Below are positions 59,367 to 64,000 of a stretch of 64,000 nucleotides of DNA, in pieces. The position numbers and the translations under genes are program-made. Position 1 is the stretch's first letter. Every line of letters starts with the position of its first letter. This DNA comes from an uncultured Pseudomonadales bacterium (GTDB lineage Bacteria; Pseudomonadota; Gammaproteobacteria; Pseudomonadales; Porticoccaceae). The stretch covers positions 7,428-71,427 of the forward strand of contig CAXAFJ010000001.1 of the NCBI GenBank assembly GCA_963968025.1, given 5' to 3'. A model generated the notes under the pieces. That model was given only the letters and a program-made list of their open reading frames with translations. It made no database searches and had not been told where the DNA came from.

Positions 59367-60500
59367 CTAAAACAAAGCTTCTGGATCCAAATTGTAAGCA
59401 TCCGGCGGCAGATTTCTGGCTATGTCAATCGAGCCCTCCTTGCCGGTAATAGAGATCTGTTTCTTTTGCGCCAATCGGCGTTTATTCACATCCAGTATCA
59501 CCGTCAATTTCGGCTTTCTGCCCATTCCTGCTTTAAAGTCGCTGACCACAGCCACTTCACCATTGGTCAACTCAACAAGAGACCCCGGGGGGTAAAGGCC
59601 AATCGCCTGAATAAAGGTATCCACCAACTCCTTTTGAAATAATCTTGCGCGCCAACCGGCGAGCTTGAGTATGGCTTCTGAATGGGGGATCGGTGTCGCG
59701 TAATAGCGTGGACTGGTCATGGCATCGTAGCAGTCGACGATACCAGCAATTCGCGCATAGAGTGGAATATCAGTGCCCCCAAGCTGCTTGGGATAGCCAC
59801 AACCATTAAAGCGTTCATGGTGATACTGTACCGCTTCGATCACCTCTGAGGAGAGATTACTGTCGGCTAGAATCACCAGTCCATGTTCAATATGGCTGCG
59901 GGTTTCAGCTCTCTCGGCATTATTCAGTTCGGTGCTCTTGCGCAGCAGAGCATCGGGCAGATGCAGTTTGCCAATATCCATCAATAGTCCGGATAGCGCC
60001 AATTGAAACAGCTCCTTGCGATCAAGGCCCAGTTGACGGCCCATCACAGAACAGAGAATTGCGCAGGAAATAGAGTGGCGATAGGCGTAGCTGCTTTTAC
60101 TTTTTAGTCGAGCCAGCCATACAGCGGCGGCAGGATTGCGGATAATGCTTTCAACCATCGCCTCAATAAAGGGTTCGATACGTTTAATATCGGGTTTTTG
60201 AAATTCTTTAACGGTTTTGCCAATGCGATTAAATTCTTGCTGGATACTGAGATAGGCGAGGGTGGCGACGCGTAATTCCGAGGAGATATCCGTGCTTATT
60301 TTATAGTCACCGCCATCGCGGTTCACAAGCTCATGGCTCAGTGGCAGGGTAGTGATTTTCTGAGGCTCTGCAGTGGCGATCTGCTGGCTGGTCGGCTGAA
60401 TAGACTGATTCATTGTGCTGGTAACATCCTGTTTGAGGTCAAAGGACTTGTTTATATCGCGGCATCTGTGGCTGTACTCTGTTGATGTACCTTGTTCCAA
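59367..60500 (-). CDS. HD-GYP domain protein, HD motif replaced by MD; start uncertain
   Basis: YAYRHSISC, LLMDIGK, YHHERFNGCGYP, DCYDAMTSPR, GLYPPGSLVEL. Confidence 0.85.
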   Translation of the reverse strand: MEQGTSTEYSHRCRDINKSFDLKQDVTSTMNQSIQPTSQQIATAEPQKITTLPLSHELVNRDGGDYKISTDISSELRVATLAYLSIQQEFNRIGKTVKEFQKPDIKRIEPFIEAMVESIIRNPAAAVWLARLKSKSSYAYRHSISCAILCSVMGRQLGLDRKELFQLALSGLLMDIGKLHLPDALLRKSTELNNAERAETRSHIEHGLVILADSNLSSEVIEAVQYHHERFNGCGYPKQLGGTDIPLYARIAGIVDCYDAMTSPRYYATPIPHSEAILKLAGWRARLFQKELVDTFIQAIGLYPPGSLVELTNGEVAVVSDFKAGMGRKPKLTVILDVNKRRLAQKKQISITGKEGSIDIARNLPPDAYNLDPEALF

Positions 60501-60612
60501 TCAGAGTAAGGCTCTTCAAAAAGAATAGCAGAAAAATACCCCAGTATAGGCGGCAAACGCCCTTAGTAAGCCTGTTCTGCTAGGGCTGTCACGGCCTTTC
60601 TAAAAAGAGATT

Positions 60613-60651
60613 CTTTAATCAGGTGCTTTAATCAGGTGCTTTAATCCAGTG
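60613..60651. repeat. 13-bp tandem triplication spanning the EAL gene stop codon
   Basis: ctttaatcaggtg x2 plus ctttaatccagtg. Confidence 0.8.
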
Positions 60652-61960
60652 CATTATTTTTAACCGAGTATCTCCCAAGCCACTGGCTAAATTCATCGGC
60701 AGGCATCGCCTTACTGATATGGTAGCCCTGAGCATAGGTGCATCCCATTTCCGCCAACAGGGCCATTGACTGCACATCTTCAACACCCTCGGCGATGGTT
60801 TCCATCTGAAAGCGCTGGCCCCAGTCGATAATCAGTTTGACTATATCCATATCGATCTGATTATTGCGCATATTTAAGATAAATGATTTATCAATTTTCA
60901 GTTCATCGGCGGGAATATACTTAAAGTACTCCAGCGATGAATAACCGGTGCCAAAGTCGTCAATGGCGATTCTGACCCCAAGCTGTTTGATCTTTTTTAG
61001 GGCCTGAAAGCCCTGATCGAGATCTTGCTGAATGGTTGACTCAGTGACTTCGATACAGATATCCGCGGGCTCTGCTCCCCAGAGGTTCAAGCTGGACTCG
61101 ATGGTCTCGAATAGCTGTGGTGAGTGCAGGCAGGAGGCCGAGAGATTAATCGCCATGGTGATGTCTTGACCCCGCCAAGCGGCTGACTCTCTTATCGCAG
61201 TTTTGATGGTCCAGGCAAAAAAATCATCCATGCGCCCGGATTGCTCGATCATCGCCACCAGCTCTTCTGGATTGACCCCATGATCGCGCTGAGTCCAGCG
61301 AATAAGGCCCTCGGCCCCGCGGATTTGGCTATCTGCAAGACGAACCTGCGGCTGGTAAAAGAGATCGAAACTGTTCTCGCTGAGAGCATCTGACACCTTT
61401 TGTTTTAGCGCGATTCTATGTCGCGCCCTATGCCTTACGGAGGCCTCGCCGACAAAATAGGGGCGGCGTAAATAGCGTGCCTGTTTGGCGGCGGCTTCGG
61501 CATTCTGCAGCAGTTTTTCAGCACTGCCGTGACTATCATCTGTCGGCCGCTCTTCATCGCTGGCGGCAAAGCCTATATAAGCCTCTAGGGTTAGTGTTTG
61601 AGCGCCTTAAGAAAATGGCATATTAATCTGATCAAGTATTTTTTTCGCCACTAGGGGTACAAGCTGGATATTGAGTAGCGGAGAAATAATCAGGGCAAAT
61701 TTATCCCCGTCGATCCTGCGGCATGCCAGTGGCTGTTTGGGCACAGCGGCCAGGCGCTTTTGCAATTCCGCAAGAATTTGGTCGCCGGCCAGATAGCCAA
61801 AGCGCTGGTTGATATGAGTAAACTGGCTGAGGTCTATAAGGGCCAGTAGAGTAAGCTGCTGGCTGCCTTGGTTGCTGGCCAAGCAAGTTGCTAGAGCCTC
61901 GAGCAGCGCAGGACGATCAATTGCAGAGGGGCTGATTTGGCTCGGCGGATGGTTGGTCAT
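60641..61960 (-). pseudogene. Degenerate GGDEF + EAL protein interrupted by one in-frame TAA at 61609-61607
   Basis: ORFs 61607-61960 and 60641-61396 share a frame; read-through gives PFS*GAQTLTLEAYIGFA...EKLLQNAEAA; EAL motifs AEGLIRW, DDFGTGYSSL, KIDKSF, AEGVE are intact. Confidence 0.8.
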
Positions 61961-61962
61961 AT

Positions 61963-63228
61963 TTAGATGTAGAGGGCTTCAGGGTCCACGCCATAGGCCC
62001 CTGGCTCAAGGGTCTTGGCTATCTCGATACTGTTACGGCTGTTTTCGTCGCTAGTGCCGATTGCCGCGGCCAAGTCCATTTCCCTAAAGTCGGCAAGCTG
62101 GTTTTTGTCAGTATCCAGAATTACCAAGACCTGGGGTCGCAAACGTTTGCCCGGATTCTCCTTGACCACAATGCCCACTTCCCCTGAGGTTAACTCCACC
62201 AGTGTCCCGGTGGGATAGACCCCCACGGCCTGTATAAAGGCTTCAATCAATTCAGGCTGAAAATCGAAACCGCGCCATTCATACATTTGTTTGATGGCGA
62301 GAGCATGGGTGATCGGCTTGGCATAGACCCGCTGGCTAGTAATCGCATCATAGCAGTCAGCAATCGCAGCAATACGCGCATAGAGAGGGATCTGAGTGCC
62401 CTTGATCGCCTTCGGATAGCCGCTGCCATTAAAGCGTTCATGGTGTGAGGCAATCATATCGATTACCGCTTGGGGCATGGTGCGGGACGAGTCCTTGGCC
62501 ATCTTTAAACTGAGATCCACGTGCTTTTGCACCAGGGCAAATTCACGCTCTGATAGCTGCTGGCTTTTATTTAGAATCACCGCTGGAATTTTCAGCTTGC
62601 CGATATCCAATAACATGCCACCCATAGAGAGCTGGGCCAGTTCTTTTTTCGGTAGCCCAATCTGGCGGCCGATCACCGAGCACCAGATTGCCACGGCTAT
62701 GCAGTGACGGTAGGTGTAGGAGTCCTGAGATTTGAGTCGTGCCAGCCAGATGCTGGCGCCGGGGTTGCGCGTGATGCTGTCCACTAGGGGGTTGATCACC
62801 TCGCTGAGCTGGCCGAGATTAAGTGCCTTGCCGCGGCCAATGCGGCTGACCATACTGTCGAATTCACCGCGGATATTTTGGTAGGCATCCTGAGCAACTC
62901 GGATCTCATGGGTGACGGAACTCTGCTCTGTGTAGCGCACCGGGTTGTGGCTGGCGAGCTCGGTCTTAAAGGGCTTTGCGACTATCCCTGGAGGTCGTCT
63001 GTTGGAGGGCTTTGAGGTAGCACTAATCTCGAGATTAGCGATGCTTTTTGTACTGTCTATATAGACATAGTCACAGTAGAAGCCGAGCTTTTTGACCTCG
63101 GCGAGATTGCGAATCATAAAGCCCTGAAGGCTAAAGGGTGTGTCGAGCCAGGGCCGATCAAGTCCGGAGACATACATGCCCGATTGTAGATCCTCAACAT
63201 AGACCTTTTTGCTCTGTAGCTGTGCCAA
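61963..63228 (-). CDS. DUF3391 + HD-GYP domain protein, HD motif replaced by LD
   Basis: VEDLQSGMYVSGLDRPWLDTPFSLQGF, YTYRHC, MLLDIGK, SHHERFNGSGYP, GVYPTGTLVEL. Confidence 0.88.
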   Translation of the reverse strand: MAQLQSKKVYVEDLQSGMYVSGLDRPWLDTPFSLQGFMIRNLAEVKKLGFYCDYVYIDSTKSIANLEISATSKPSNRRPPGIVAKPFKTELASHNPVRYTEQSSVTHEIRVAQDAYQNIRGEFDSMVSRIGRGKALNLGQLSEVINPLVDSITRNPGASIWLARLKSQDSYTYRHCIAVAIWCSVIGRQIGLPKKELAQLSMGGMLLDIGKLKIPAVILNKSQQLSEREFALVQKHVDLSLKMAKDSSRTMPQAVIDMIASHHERFNGSGYPKAIKGTQIPLYARIAAIADCYDAITSQRVYAKPITHALAIKQMYEWRGFDFQPELIEAFIQAVGVYPTGTLVELTSGEVGIVVKENPGKRLRPQVLVILDTDKNQLADFREMDLAAAIGTSDENSRNSIEIAKTLEPGAYGVDPEALYI

Positions 63229-63384
63229 ACTCGTTACTCCTTAACGAACTATCTTCCTTTTTGAAACGCGGTTAAATCCTCTGTGAATTCTTGCCTAAGC
63301 TCTTTAACGTAAAGAAAGCTTTTCTGCTTTTTACCTAAACTTCTTATCTAGATCATTATGGACGCTGTTTATGGTTCGTGCCGT

Positions 63385-63999
63385 CTAATCCCTGCGCAGT
63401 TTATCTTTCAGGGCGATGGGATTGGTCAGATTAAACACTACTATGTAGCTTGAGATCAGGAAAGTAATGATCGCAGCGGCTTGAATTAAATGTGACGCGT
63501 TATTACTAATCAGGCTGGTGTTGAAGGCTACATAGGCAATCAGCAGCGAGAACTCGCTGTTCTGACCTAGGCGCAGACCTATATCCCAGGCCAAACCATG
63601 GCTTTCGCTCTGGTTGCGCAACAGCCAGTGATAGACCACCGGCTTTAGCGCCAGCATAATCAGCGCCAGTATAATTGCCGGCAGGGCAATCTGTGGAATC
63701 AGCGATAGATCGAAACCGCCGCCGAGGGCGAAAAAGAACAGGATAAGAAAGAAATCTCGCAGCGGTTTTAGGTTGAGTGCGATATAGGGTGCAATGGGGC
63801 TGGTGGCGATGGAAATACCGGCAATAAAGGCACCGATTTCTCGCGATAGACCGCCGTATTCAGCGAGCTCCGCAACACCCAGACACCAGCCGATTGCGAG
63901 CAGGAAGACATATTCGCCAATACGATCGAAGCGCGCAAACAGTGGCTGCAAGACATAGCGTACCATCAATACAGCGCCGGCAATCAATAGCGGCAGAGA
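63385..63999 (-). CDS. Cation:proton antiporter (CPA2 family), C-terminal part; 5' end outside window
   Basis: SREIGAFIAGISIA, LKPLRDFFLILFFFALG, LGQNSEFSLLI. Confidence 0.85.
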   Translation of the reverse strand, partial: SLPLLIAGAVLMVRYVLQPLFARFDRIGEYVFLLAIGWCLGVAELAEYGGLSREIGAFIAGISIATSPIAPYIALNLKPLRDFFLILFFFALGGGFDLSLIPQIALPAIILALIMLALKPVVYHWLLRNQSESHGLAWDIGLRLGQNSEFSLLIAYVAFNTSLISNNASHLIQAAAIITFLISSYIVVFNLTNPIALKDKLRRD

Positions 64000-64000
64000 G

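Overview
A 64-kb core-genome window from a Gammaproteobacterium. Gene order and content suggest a marine Cellvibrionales/SAR92-like organism (inference). From left to right it holds: an aminotransferase end, aroK and an orphan ParA; a MoxR-DUF58-DUF4381-VWA-TPR-BatD operon; the large NAD-glutamate dehydrogenase; a TauD-like dioxygenase with a FAD-linked 2-hydroxyacid oxidoreductase; a small Fic patchwork; the Pseudomonas-like LysR-leuCDB-asd-fimV-truA-trpF-accD-folC-dedD-cvpA-purF-metZ block; msrA, an enoyl-CoA hydratase and a peptide ABC transporter; SRP RNA, an inserted amidohydrolase and dnaX-ybaB-recR-rnd-ycgL-ycgN; an ECF sigma trio; a second AAA+/VWA pair; fadD, nhaB, nudC and sohB; and a c-di-GMP cluster (two HD-GYP genes without the HD histidine around a GGDEF-EAL gene split by one in-frame stop). 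I saw no CRISPR, tRNA, rRNA, transposase or integrase. The most unusual features are non-coding. About 14 copies of a TGTCATC...GATCT REP-like palindrome occur at eight loci. Several carry tandem arrays of their own terminal motif, two bracket an inserted gene as ~62-bp direct repeats, and several loci coincide with a local flip in G+T versus A+C strand skew. dnaX carries a complete -1 frameshift signal. All counts and alignments were done by eye, and no database searches were run.
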